DNA of 64,000 nt from contig OZ250165.1 of NCBI GenBank assembly GCA_965238005.1, positions 4,416,001 to 4,480,000 on the forward strand. Reading direction: 5' to 3'. The notes under the pieces are model-generated. The model saw only the letters and a list, made by a program, of their open reading frames with translations, had not been told where the DNA came from and ran no database searches. Position numbers and translations under genes: made by a program. Source of the stretch: Longimicrobiales bacterium. GTDB taxonomy: Bacteria > Gemmatimonadota > Gemmatimonadetes > Longimicrobiales > Gaopeijiaceae. Shown in pieces: positions 31,508-39,295 of this stretch (the stretch's first letter is position 1; the number at the start of each line of letters is the position of its first letter).

Positions 31508-32608
31508 TCAGAACGTGCCCATATCGACGAATGGGACCTCATCGCCTGTGAGTTTTGGCCCACTCTCCTTGTGACCGGCCAGGAAGATCTGGCTGGGGGA
31601 GACATGGCGCCACAGTCCCCGGAGGGCGCTCTTCAGTGGGTCCTCCCTGGAAAACGCAGCCTGAAGGACGTGGTATCCACTGCCGTGGTACCGGTCGAGG
31701 GCCGCGACCATCAGTGCCCGAAAAACTCCGGGATCACCCTCCTCTACCGCCGGCCACCGGAGAGTCAGCCGGCCCAGAGCGGCGCCCGGTGCGGGAAGGT
31801 GGGGTACGGAAGGGGAGAACAGGGATGCCGTCCGGAAGACCACTCGGAGGGGTAGGCTCTTGAGGGGGAACTTCAGGACTACGGTCTCCCGACTGTTTCC
31901 GTCGTCCGAGAAGGCGGCAACTCCCCGGAGCCGGCTTCCCTTTTCCGCCAGGAACCAGTTCTCCAGGCTCAACCCTTCGCCCGTTCGCCAGCTTCGAGTC
32001 AGGGTCTCCTCGTCCAGGTAGGGAGCCAGCATGCGTCCCGAGTACGCTCGGTGGATCAACTCCGCCACGGCCGGAGCGTCACTGGGCTCTGGGTGTCGAA
32101 TCCGCAAGTCGTCGGTACGCGGAAACCTCCGCAGGAGCGGGAGCGTGACGATGTCGAAGGGGAAGATCTTCAGGATAGGGAAAACAGGCCATCGCCAGGC
32201 AGCCACGATTCGCTCCGCCGGTCGATTCCCGCCGATTACAATTCCCGAGGCCACCGATGCCCTGGGAATGACGTATTCGCCAAATCCCTCGATGAGCATG
32301 CGCAGGAGCCCCCGGCCCCGGGCCTCGGGAAGCACCCTTCCGTCCGCGATGTACGCGTGCGTGGTCCAGTCCCTTTCCATCCATGACCGGTGAAAGCCCA
32401 CCATGCAGTAGCCGACAATCCGGCCCTTCTCGAACACGCCCAGGTGAATGTGGTCTTCGAATGCCTGCCTAGGCCATGCAAAGAAGTCCGGACCTCGCTC
32501 TAGGAGGTGAGTAAAGACCCCCTCGATGGGGCAGGCGCGGTTGATGGCGAGGAGCTCTTCGTTGAAGGATTCGTCCAGGAGACCGAATTCAAGGCCGCTC
32601 CCCGTCAT
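31508..32608 (-). CDS. Tandem GNAT N-acetyltransferase
   Basis: RVLPEARGRG acetyl-CoA motif; second GNAT-like repeat. Confidence 0.75.
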   Translation of the reverse strand: MTGSGLEFGLLDESFNEELLAINRACPIEGVFTHLLERGPDFFAWPRQAFEDHIHLGVFEKGRIVGYCMVGFHRSWMERDWTTHAYIADGRVLPEARGRGLLRMLIEGFGEYVIPRASVASGIVIGGNRPAERIVAAWRWPVFPILKIFPFDIVTLPLLRRFPRTDDLRIRHPEPSDAPAVAELIHRAYSGRMLAPYLDEETLTRSWRTGEGLSLENWFLAEKGSRLRGVAAFSDDGNSRETVVLKFPLKSLPLRVVFRTASLFSPSVPHLPAPGAALGRLTLRWPAVEEGDPGVFRALMVAALDRYHGSGYHVLQAAFSREDPLKSALRGLWRHVSPSQIFLAGHKESGPKLTGDEVPFVDMGTF

Positions 32609-33744
32609 TCTCCACCCTGGTTCACGCTGGCTGGAATCAGGTCCCAGATGGGGAGCATCTCGTCCTTTCGAAGCTCTCGACCGAGGTCATCATCCACCAG
32701 AATCGTGCCTTGCAAGTCCTCTGGAATGGCGCGGCGAACGTGCATCTGCCGAGTGAGGAGGCGGGCCTTCTTCTTCGAGGCCCGGACTACACCCCTCAAC
32801 ACTCGCTCAAACTCACTCTGGGAGAGCCAGTCGGGGAGGTTGGAGAGGTCAAACCCGTCGAATGGTCCCGGAACCGTCTCCCCCCCCAGAAAGGCCGTTA
32901 TGTCCGCCCTGATCGTCTCTAGGCCTCCGGCCCGGGTTCGTACTTCCGGAAAGCCCTCCTCAGACAGGAAGACGGGGACGGAGTCAGGGGAGATGACTCT
33001 CCCCAGCAGCAGCAGCTGCATCACGTGATTCTGTCGAATGGGCGTTCCGGTCATGCCCACCCTCATCACCCCGAAACAGTACTCTCCGAATGATTCCTGT
33101 CGCTCTCGGTGGGTCAGACTTTGAGGATCGGTGCCGAAAGCGGTGAAGAGGGTCGGATGGAAGACCACCTGAAAGGCTCGGCGAAGCCAGGAGGTCTCGA
33201 AGTAACGACGGAATACCTCTTCCTGCTCAGCGAGGGTCCGGCACTCGAACAGCGCCCGCGTACCAGCAGCGACGAAGGTTCGAATGACCCACCCGATGTG
33301 CCGCATATACCTCCCGAGACGAGCCCCGTGGATGGCGCCCCGCTTCACGAAGACCTGTTGAGAATCCCAGAACGCCAGCGACTCACTGTCCAGGGCCGAC
33401 CTCACCGTCCTATACCAACTCAGCCGCTGAGAGGCCTCGGCCGGGAGATAGCCCAGAAAGGAGATGGCGTCCTCCCTCAGAAGGCTCACCACCGTCGCCA
33501 GTTTCAGATGGACCAGGTGGAGCTGCTCGGGGCTGATGTCCAACGCCGTCACCTCATCGGCGCCCTGCGCCAGAAGGCCCAAAGGGACCTCGCCCCCACT
33601 GGCGATGGAGAGGAAGGCGCCACCCGGCAGGTCCAGGGCCCTGCCATCCAGGCGGTCGTTCTCCAAGGCGAACCCATAGCGGAAGAGCTGTGACATCGCC
33701 TGGTCCAGGTGGAGAGAGGGCGTGGGCGGCCGGGACGGGTTCAT
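32605..33744 (-). CDS. DUF3419/BtaA-like SAM-dependent transferase
   Basis: LSIASGG, ALDISPEQL.L..LK, LSNLPDWL. Confidence 0.75.
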   Translation of the reverse strand: MNPSRPPTPSLHLDQAMSQLFRYGFALENDRLDGRALDLPGGAFLSIASGGEVPLGLLAQGADEVTALDISPEQLHLVHLKLATVVSLLREDAISFLGYLPAEASQRLSWYRTVRSALDSESLAFWDSQQVFVKRGAIHGARLGRYMRHIGWVIRTFVAAGTRALFECRTLAEQEEVFRRYFETSWLRRAFQVVFHPTLFTAFGTDPQSLTHRERQESFGEYCFGVMRVGMTGTPIRQNHVMQLLLLGRVISPDSVPVFLSEEGFPEVRTRAGGLETIRADITAFLGGETVPGPFDGFDLSNLPDWLSQSEFERVLRGVVRASKKKARLLTRQMHVRRAIPEDLQGTILVDDDLGRELRKDEMLPIWDLIPASVNQGGE

Positions 33745-34182
33745 GATGAACCCCACTCCTGAGGGTAAAGTAGGAACCCGAATCGGTGGTGGAAAGGATC
33801 GACCTGCTTTGAGGGCCGTTGCGATGGACGGGGAGCACGGGGATGCGGGCGGACGTTGAAGGCGGTAGTCGAGCCGTTGACGCCCTTCTAAGCCACAAGG
33901 GCGCTCTGCCCTAAGGTCGCTCACACGGTAGCCTCGCCAGTTTCTGGCGGTGGAGAGAATGCGTCAGCAGTCTCAGCGATGTCCACTTCCCCGATCATTG
34001 TGAGTTCCTTATCGCCAGAGACGTGCAGCCGCCAGTGACAAACATCTTCGACACTCACGAGGGAGAGTCTCTCCACCCAAATGTTGTGTGGTCCTCCGAA
34101 TTCTTCGTGCTCGTCTTGGCATAGCTCTCAGCCCCCCCTTAAGAACGAAAAGACCCCCCAGATCAACGACGTGGAGGGCCAC

Positions 34183-34209
34183 GCGGAGCCGGTGGGATTC
34201 GAACCCACA
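34183..34209 (-). repeat. Duplicated 3' end of tRNA-Ser(CGA) (att-like)
   Basis: 27 bp GCGGAGCCGGTGGGATTCGAACCCACA, identical to 35264-35290. Confidence 0.9.
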
Positions 34210-34249
34210 AGTCCGTTAGGAGACAAATCTTCGACCGACTTGTCGTCTG

Positions 34250-34969
34250 CTACCCCGTCCCCGGCCGCGGCAGCCCCGGCGTCCCGAAGATGATCTCGGT
34301 GATCGCCTTGATGCTCCGATTGCCATACCGGAACGGCATGACGAGACGCAGGGGCGCTCCGTGTTGGGGATCGAGCGACTCCTCGTTCATCATCCAGACG
34401 AGCATGACCTGCGGATGCCGCAACTCCTCCACGGACTCGTCCACGTAGTGGCCGTCCGACCCGGTCAAGCGGCAGTAGTGGGCGCCCGGAACGAGGCCGA
34501 GCATGTCCGCGAAGTCGGTGAAGCGAACCCCGGTCCACTTCACGATACCGGTGGGCTCCGGTGCACCGCACTGCATGAGGAAGGTGTGCGAAACCCTCGT
34601 CAGGGGTTCGAGGTCGCTGAACCGCATCGTCCCACGCTTGGTGCCAAGCCCGCGCGTGTCCACCCGGATCGCCATCCTCGTGTAGTCGTACTCGATCTCG
34701 GGCGCCCTGCGGTCCGACGTCCTCCACATGAGGCGGCCCCGGATCGGGCCGGCGGCCGACTCGGGATGCTCGGGGGCCGAGCCGTCGGGGTTCAGCGGGA
34801 GGTCCACCGGGAACGTGGCGCGCGGATCGACGTCGATGAGTCGGTCCGGGAACTCCTGCTCCTGTCCGGCGACCTGAGCCGCCAACTCCTTAGGATCCAA
34901 GCCGCCGACCGACAGGCCAACGATTGCGGACCCGGATACGGCGATGGCGTCGCGTCTCGAGATCGTCAT
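34250..34969 (-). CDS. Tat-exported molybdopterin-dependent oxidoreductase (sulfite oxidase/MsrP family)
   Basis: SRRDAI Tat motif, QC, WTGVRF, HGAPLRL..P.RYG..SIK. Confidence 0.85.
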   Translation of the reverse strand: MTISRRDAIAVSGSAIVGLSVGGLDPKELAAQVAGQEQEFPDRLIDVDPRATFPVDLPLNPDGSAPEHPESAAGPIRGRLMWRTSDRRAPEIEYDYTRMAIRVDTRGLGTKRGTMRFSDLEPLTRVSHTFLMQCGAPEPTGIVKWTGVRFTDFADMLGLVPGAHYCRLTGSDGHYVDESVEELRHPQVMLVWMMNEESLDPQHGAPLRLVMPFRYGNRSIKAITEIIFGTPGLPRPGTG

Positions 34970-35264
34970 GCGGGACTGCTCCTCCGAGGGGACAGGCGCG
35001 GGCGTGCGCGCAATCAGAATACTCCGGCACGCTCGGCGGGGATAGTCCGACCTCACGGACTTTTCATGGAGATCTGATGGGGGGCGCGTAGCGGGTCCGG
35101 ATCATCACCCCCCCCCCCTTTCCGGGGAGGGTCCGCTAAGACCCTGCAAGGTCCGGTACGCGGGTAACGAATCGGGTAACGCGACAGGCAAAGTTCGGGT
35201 CTACAAAAAAGGTGGTCACCGAATCGGGAATGCCCGATGTGCCGTAAGTCGCTGTGCTATAAAG

Positions 35265-35347
35265 CGGAGCCGGTGGGATTCGAACCCACACACCCTCACG
35301 GGCGCCGGTTTTCGAGACCGGTGCAATACCAATTATGCGACGGCTCC
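35265..35347 (-). tRNA. tRNA-Ser(CGA)
   Basis: Cloverleaf, CCGGT-CT-CGA-AA-ACCGG, long variable arm. Confidence 0.92.
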
Positions 35348-35358
35348 AAACGTCGCAA

Positions 35359-35381
35359 TCAGTCGGGGCGCCCGGATTTGA
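35359..35381 (-). repeat. Duplicated 3' end of tRNA-Pro(CGG)
   Basis: 23 bp TCAGTCGGGGCGCCCGGATTTGA, identical to 35507-35529. Confidence 0.85.
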
Positions 35382-35510
35382 GCTGCGGTCGCCCTCGGCG
35401 ATCCTCGCTCGTCTCGGCGGTCAGCTCCTAGACCGCAGAGCGGATCACACCAAGTCGCCTCGGCTGAACCTCCCGCTCAAACCCGGAAAAACCCAATCTG
35501 TTTTCCTCAG

Positions 35511-35584
35511 TCGGGGCGCCCGGATTTGAACCGGGGACCTCTGCGTCCCGAACGCAGCGCTCTACCGGACTGAGCCACGCCCCG
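35511..35584 (-). tRNA. tRNA-Pro(CGG)
   Basis: CTGCG-TT-CGG-GA-CGCAG anticodon arm. Confidence 0.95.
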
Positions 35585-35715
35585 AATTCTACCATTAAGC
35601 GCCCAGAAACCGCGTTCCTACGGGACGCGTGGGCCATCCTACTCCTAGCGGAAAGGGGTGGGAGTGTACTCGAACCGAATCACACAACGCCCGCGGTGGC
35701 CTCGTGTACTCCAAG

Positions 35716-35800
35716 CGGACGGGGTGGGATTCGAACCCACGTGGGCTATCAACCCACACGATTTCCAATCGTGCGCCTTAAGCCGCTCGGCCACCCGTCC
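35716..35800 (-). tRNA. tRNA-Ser(GGA)
   Basis: CACGA-TT-GGA-AA-TCGTG. Confidence 0.95.
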
Positions 35801-35846
35801 AGTTGTCAGTGAAGAATCCCACGTCCAACGCATTCAAGTACCTAAG

Positions 35847-35930
35847 CGGAGGGAGTGGGATTCGAACCCACGCGGACTTGCGTCCAACGCCTTAGCAGGG
35901 CGCCGCCTTAAGCCACTCGGCCATCCCTCC
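35847..35930 (-). tRNA. tRNA-Ser(GCT)
   Basis: GCGCC-CT-GCT-AA-GGCGT. Confidence 0.95.
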
Positions 35931-35937
35931 CAACAAG

Positions 35938-36010
35938 TTGCCCCTCTAGGGCTCGAACCTAGACTCTCCGGAACCAGAATCCGGCGTGTTGCCAATTACA
36001 CCAAGGGGCA
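35938..36010 (-). tRNA. tRNA-Gln(CTG)
   Basis: CCGGA-TT-CTG-GT-TCCGG. Confidence 0.95.
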
Positions 36011-36016
36011 TCTGAG

Positions 36017-36090
36017 AGCCACCTGTCGGAATCGAACCGACGACCCCGTCATTACGAGTGACGTGCTCTACCAGACTGAGCTAAGGTGGC
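36017..36090 (-). tRNA. tRNA-Thr(CGT)
   Basis: CGTCA-CT-CGT-AA-TGACG. Confidence 0.95.
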
Positions 36091-36096
36091 AAGCAG

Positions 36097-36169
36097 TGGA
36101 GCCGAGGGGAATCGAACCCCTGACCTCAGCATTGCGAACGCTGCGCTCTCCCAACTGAGCTACGGCCCC
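36097..36169 (-). tRNA. tRNA-Ala(CGC)
   Basis: CAGCG-TT-CGC-AA-TGCTG. Confidence 0.95.
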
Positions 36170-36213
36170 CGACCATATCGGCCACTCGGCGTGTCCGCCA
36201 AGGGCCGCCAAAA

Positions 36214-36287
36214 TGGGCGCGAGAGGACTCGAACCTCTGACCTCTACGATGTCAACGTAGCGCTCTAACCAACTGAGCTACGCGCCC
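36214..36287 (-). tRNA. tRNA-Val(GAC)
   Basis: CTACG-TT-GAC-AT-CGTAG. Confidence 0.95.
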
Positions 36288-36297
36288 GGTCCCCTCC

Positions 36298-36335
36298 TTG
36301 TACTCCAACTTTGTACTCCAACTTTGTACTCCAAC
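36298..36335. repeat. 3 x 13-bp tandem repeat (T)TTGTACTCCAAC
   Basis: Read directly between tRNA-Val and tRNA-Arg. Confidence 0.9.
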
Positions 36336-36409
36336 ACGCCCGGAGGGACTCGAACCCCCGGCCTCCTGATCCGTAGTCAGGCGCTCTAATCCAACTGAGC
36401 TACGGGCGC
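36335..36409 (-). tRNA. tRNA-Arg(ACG)
   Basis: CCTGA-CT-ACG-GA-TCAGG. Confidence 0.95.
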
Positions 36410-36580
36410 AAACAAACAAACTGCAATACAGACGGTCTCGAAGACCACTCCTTTTCATCAGGCGACTTTGGTGCGGCGGTAGGAGGGCAAGGCGACCCGA
36501 CTGAGGCGTACACTCGTACGCCGCAGGGAGGGGAGACCGCAGTCCCGACACCGCGCTGCGCCAAAAGCGCCCGTGAAAAG

Positions 36581-36664
36581 TGCCCACGACAGGACTCGAA
36601 CCTGTACGCCGTTTCCGACACTGGTCCCTCAAACCAGCCTGTCTACCAATTCCAGCACGTGGGC
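36581..36664 (-). tRNA. tRNA-Leu(GAG)
   Basis: CTGGT-TT-GAG-GG-ACCAG, variable arm. Confidence 0.95.
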
Positions 36665-36696
36665 GCTCTGTCGGACCGAACCGAGCCGAGCAGAAA

Positions 36697-36781
36697 TGCT
36701 CGGGGAGGGACTCGAACCCTCACGGGGTTAACCCCCACAGGGTCCTGAACCCTGCGCGTCTACCAATTCCGCCACCCGAGC
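36697..36781 (-). tRNA. tRNA-Leu(CAG)
   Basis: CAGGG-TT-CAG-GA-CCCTG. Confidence 0.95.
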
Positions 36782-36794
36782 CCGATCTGCACAG

Positions 36795-36867
<73 letters not shown>

Positions 36868-36906
36868 CGCACAATCAACCTGTGAGATGTCAAACAGCGT
36901 CTCCAG

Positions 36907-36981
36907 CGGGGCTGACGGGACTTGAACCCGCGACCTCCGGTGTGACAGACCGGCACTCTAACCAAGCTGAGCTACAGCCCC
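36907..36981 (-). tRNA. tRNA-Asp(GTC)
   Basis: CCGGT-CT-GTC-AC-ACCGG. Confidence 0.95.
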
Positions 36982-37025
36982 AAACGTCTACCGCGTCCGG
37001 ACCCCTGGTCCGGTGTCCTGCACCA

Positions 37026-37097
37026 TGCCCCCACGGGGAATCGAACCCCGATCTCCACCTTGAAAGAGTGGTGTCCTAGCCGCTAGACGATGGGGGC
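37026..37097 (-). tRNA. tRNA-Glu(TTC)
   Basis: CCACT-CT-TTC-AA-GGTGG. Confidence 0.95.
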
Positions 37098-37113
37098 GCA
37101 CTCCCCTGCCCAA

Positions 37114-37186
37114 CAGGCCCGGAGGGACTCGAACCCCCAACCCCCGGTTTTGGAGACCGGTGCTCTACCAGTTGAGCTACGGACCT
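37114..37186 (-). tRNA. tRNA-Trp(CCA)
   Basis: CCGGT-CT-CCA-AA-ACCGG. Confidence 0.95.
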
Positions 37187-37224
37187 CTGTTGTCCCGCGA
37201 CCGCAGAGGCGATCGGTGCATCAG

Positions 37225-37297
37225 TGGCCAGGGGCGGAATCGAACCACCGACACCGCGATTTTCAGTCGCGTGCTCTACCAACTGAGCTACCTGGCC
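37225..37297 (-). tRNA. tRNA-Phe(GAA)
   Basis: CGCGA-CT-GAA-AA-TCGCG. Confidence 0.95.
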
Positions 37298-37300
37298 GAC

Positions 37301-37336
37301 AAAAAAACCGCCCGGGCCTCTCGGCTACAGACGGTC
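37301..37336 (-). terminator. Intrinsic terminator (attenuator 3:4 hairpin) 3 nt upstream of tRNA-Phe
   Basis: Minus strand ACCGTCTG-TA-GCC-GAGA-GGC-C-CGGGCGGT followed by TTTTTT. Confidence 0.75.
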
Positions 37337-37362
37337 TGACGAAGGGTGCGCGCTCGAAGTTT

Positions 37363-37455
37363 CTAGCGGCTCCCCTCGACCGCCCACGGTCGCAGGCTAG
37401 ACCACGTATCGGCCATCGTCCAACCCCGGGCCTGCTTGGCATCCGTCTGGAACAT
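37363..37455 (-). CDS. Putative attenuator leader peptide (30 aa, Trp12/Trp18/Trp24)
   Basis: SD AGGGAG 7 nt before ATG; MFQTDAKQARGWTMADTWSSLRPWAVEGSR*; overlaps alternative hairpins. Confidence 0.6.
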   Translation of the reverse strand: MFQTDAKQARGWTMADTWSSLRPWAVEGSR

Positions 37456-37524
37456 CGACCGACTCCCTGAAAGCTGAATGGCCAGCACGTGGAAACGCCG
37501 CCCGAAGGCGGCGTTGTCAGCAAG

Positions 37525-37598
<74 letters not shown>

Positions 37599-37610
37599 CT
37601 GTAAAGCAAA

Positions 37611-37639
37611 AAGATATTGGAGATCGCGGAAAGGTTCAA
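37611..37639 (-). promoter_or_regulatory. Sigma70-type promoter of the tRNA array
   Basis: TTGAAC-17 bp-TATCTT, 12 nt upstream of tRNA-fMet. Confidence 0.7.
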
Positions 37640-37708
37640 CCCCGATCCTCGTACCTCAGAAGTGCTAGTTTAACCCACTCGCCGAACAGCACCTCGAGAG
37701 GTGAGACG

Positions 37709-38302
37709 ATGATGATGCGAGGTTGGAGCTGGGCAATCGTGGGCGCTGCGCTCGCCCTCCCCATGGCCGCATGTGGGGCACCCGATGATGGCGCGACCGC
37801 ACAGGACGACATGGGCGGTCGGGACACCGGCCTCAAGAGCTGGCACGAGGAGCAGGTGGCCGACTTCGAGACCATGCGGGACAAGTTCCTCGCCCTGGCC
37901 GAGGCCTTCCCCGAGGAGACCTGGGACTGGCGTCCCATGGAAGGCGTCCGCTCGGTCCGAGACGTCATGGCGCTCATGGTCGCCGAGGGATACCTCTTCC
38001 CCAGGCTTTGGGGCGCCACGGCTCCGGAGGGCGTGGCCTCGGGCTTCGGGGCTGAGATCGCCCGCGTGGCCGCGCTGTCCAAGAGCGAGATCATGGCCGA
38101 GATGGAGAAAGCGTTCGAGCACTTGCTCGCTTCGTGCCGGGACATGACCGAGGCCGAGCAGAACGCCGAGGCCAACTGGTTCGATCGGAAGGTGACGGCC
38201 ACCGCGGCCATGGGCCTCGCGGCCGGAGACATGCACGAGCACTTGGGGCAGTCCATCGCCTACGCGCGCACGAATCACATCGTGCCGCCCTGGAGTCGGT
38301 AG
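37709..38302 (+). CDS. DinB-family lipoprotein
   Basis: Lipobox MAAC; WRPMEGVRS, HEHLGQSIAYAR....PPWS. Confidence 0.85.
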   Translation: MMMRGWSWAIVGAALALPMAACGAPDDGATAQDDMGGRDTGLKSWHEEQVADFETMRDKFLALAEAFPEETWDWRPMEGVRSVRDVMALMVAEGYLFPRLWGATAPEGVASGFGAEIARVAALSKSEIMAEMEKAFEHLLASCRDMTEAEQNAEANWFDRKVTATAAMGLAAGDMHEHLGQSIAYARTNHIVPPWSR

Positions 38303-38317
38303 GGGGCGCTTCGCGAG

Positions 38318-39001
38318 CTAGAACGGCCGTCCTAAGTCGGCCTGTACCCGGACCCTCGTGATCTGGGTCGCGTCGAGGAACGTGCGCGAGCCCAGCGTAC
38401 ATCCCGTCGCCATGAGGTTGCCCTGGGCGGTGCACGGCACGTGTATCAAGCCCAGGGAGTGACCCAGCTCGTGGGCGAGGATGCGCGCCATGCCTCCGTC
38501 GATGTCGCGCCCTCCCAGGGGATCGATCTCTGTGGAGACCACCACCTTCTCGCTCGGCAGGTACACGCCTCCCAATCCGCCCCCTAAATCCCGGATCATG
38601 AAGACGTTCCAGATGTCGGGCCGCAGGTTCTCCGGTGAGAGCACGGACGTGATCAATCCGAGCGGGCTCACGGTGGGATCCATGAGAGCGCGGCGGAACA
38701 GAGACTCGTTCCGCGCATCCTCGCGGACGATGCTCTCCAGGCCCCAGATGATGCCGGCCTGCGCCCAAGTCTCGTTCACCGCGGTCACGAGCTCGGTGAC
38801 TTCCTCGTCGCTCAGGCGAACGTTCAACGCGTCCAGCTCGTCGGACTGAACCAAGTGCAGCCGGACGGCGAGCTCGTTGGCCCCCGGCTCGCTGGTTTCG
38901 GGCCCGATCGGCTCATCGGTGCCGTCCGAGCAAGCACCCAGGATCAGTGCGACTGCCATGAGGACCGACAGCCGGTTCCTCGGATTGGCTCTATTGGTCA
39001 C
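38318..39001 (-). CDS. Metzincin-type zinc metalloprotease lipoprotein
   Basis: Lipobox LGAC; AHELGHSLGLIH and NLM Met-turn. Confidence 0.8.
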   Translation of the reverse strand: MTNRANPRNRLSVLMAVALILGACSDGTDEPIGPETSEPGANELAVRLHLVQSDELDALNVRLSDEEVTELVTAVNETWAQAGIIWGLESIVREDARNESLFRRALMDPTVSPLGLITSVLSPENLRPDIWNVFMIRDLGGGLGGVYLPSEKVVVSTEIDPLGGRDIDGGMARILAHELGHSLGLIHVPCTAQGNLMATGCTLGSRTFLDATQITRVRVQADLGRPF

Positions 39002-39172
39002 GTATTCCCCGGTTGCCGAGTAATTCAGCTATGGTGGGTATAACCGTCGGGCCTCGGCACCAGTTCCAGCGAATCGAGATCGGGATCCCCCAGGGGCGAC
39101 CACGGCACCTGCCGGGAGTAGCTCGGCCCTGGTGTTGAGGGGCGTAGGACCGAGCTTACCTTTCCTCTTCCA

Positions 39173-39246
39173 CGGGACGTGGCGCAGCTCGGTAGCGCAC
39201 CTGAATGGGGTTCAGGGGGTCGCCGGTTCGAATCCGGCCGTCCCGA
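39173..39246 (+). tRNA. tRNA-Pro(GGG), probable integration site
   Basis: CCTGA-AT-GGG-GT-TCAGG; integrase gene immediately downstream. Confidence 0.95.
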
Positions 39247-39261
39247 CTGTGGAGGTGATTG

Positions 39262-39295
39262 CCCCGCTTGATGTTACAGCATCAGGCGGGGTTTT
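39262..39295 (+). terminator. Terminator after tRNA-Pro(GGG)
   Basis: CCCCGCTTGATG-ttacag-CATCAGGCGGGG-TTTT. Confidence 0.7.

Noticed and set aside
37298..37524. T-box riboswitch in the fMet-Phe spacer
   Set aside because: No UGGNACC antiterminator bulge or Stem I AGAGA/GNUG motifs visible; the leader-peptide model fits better
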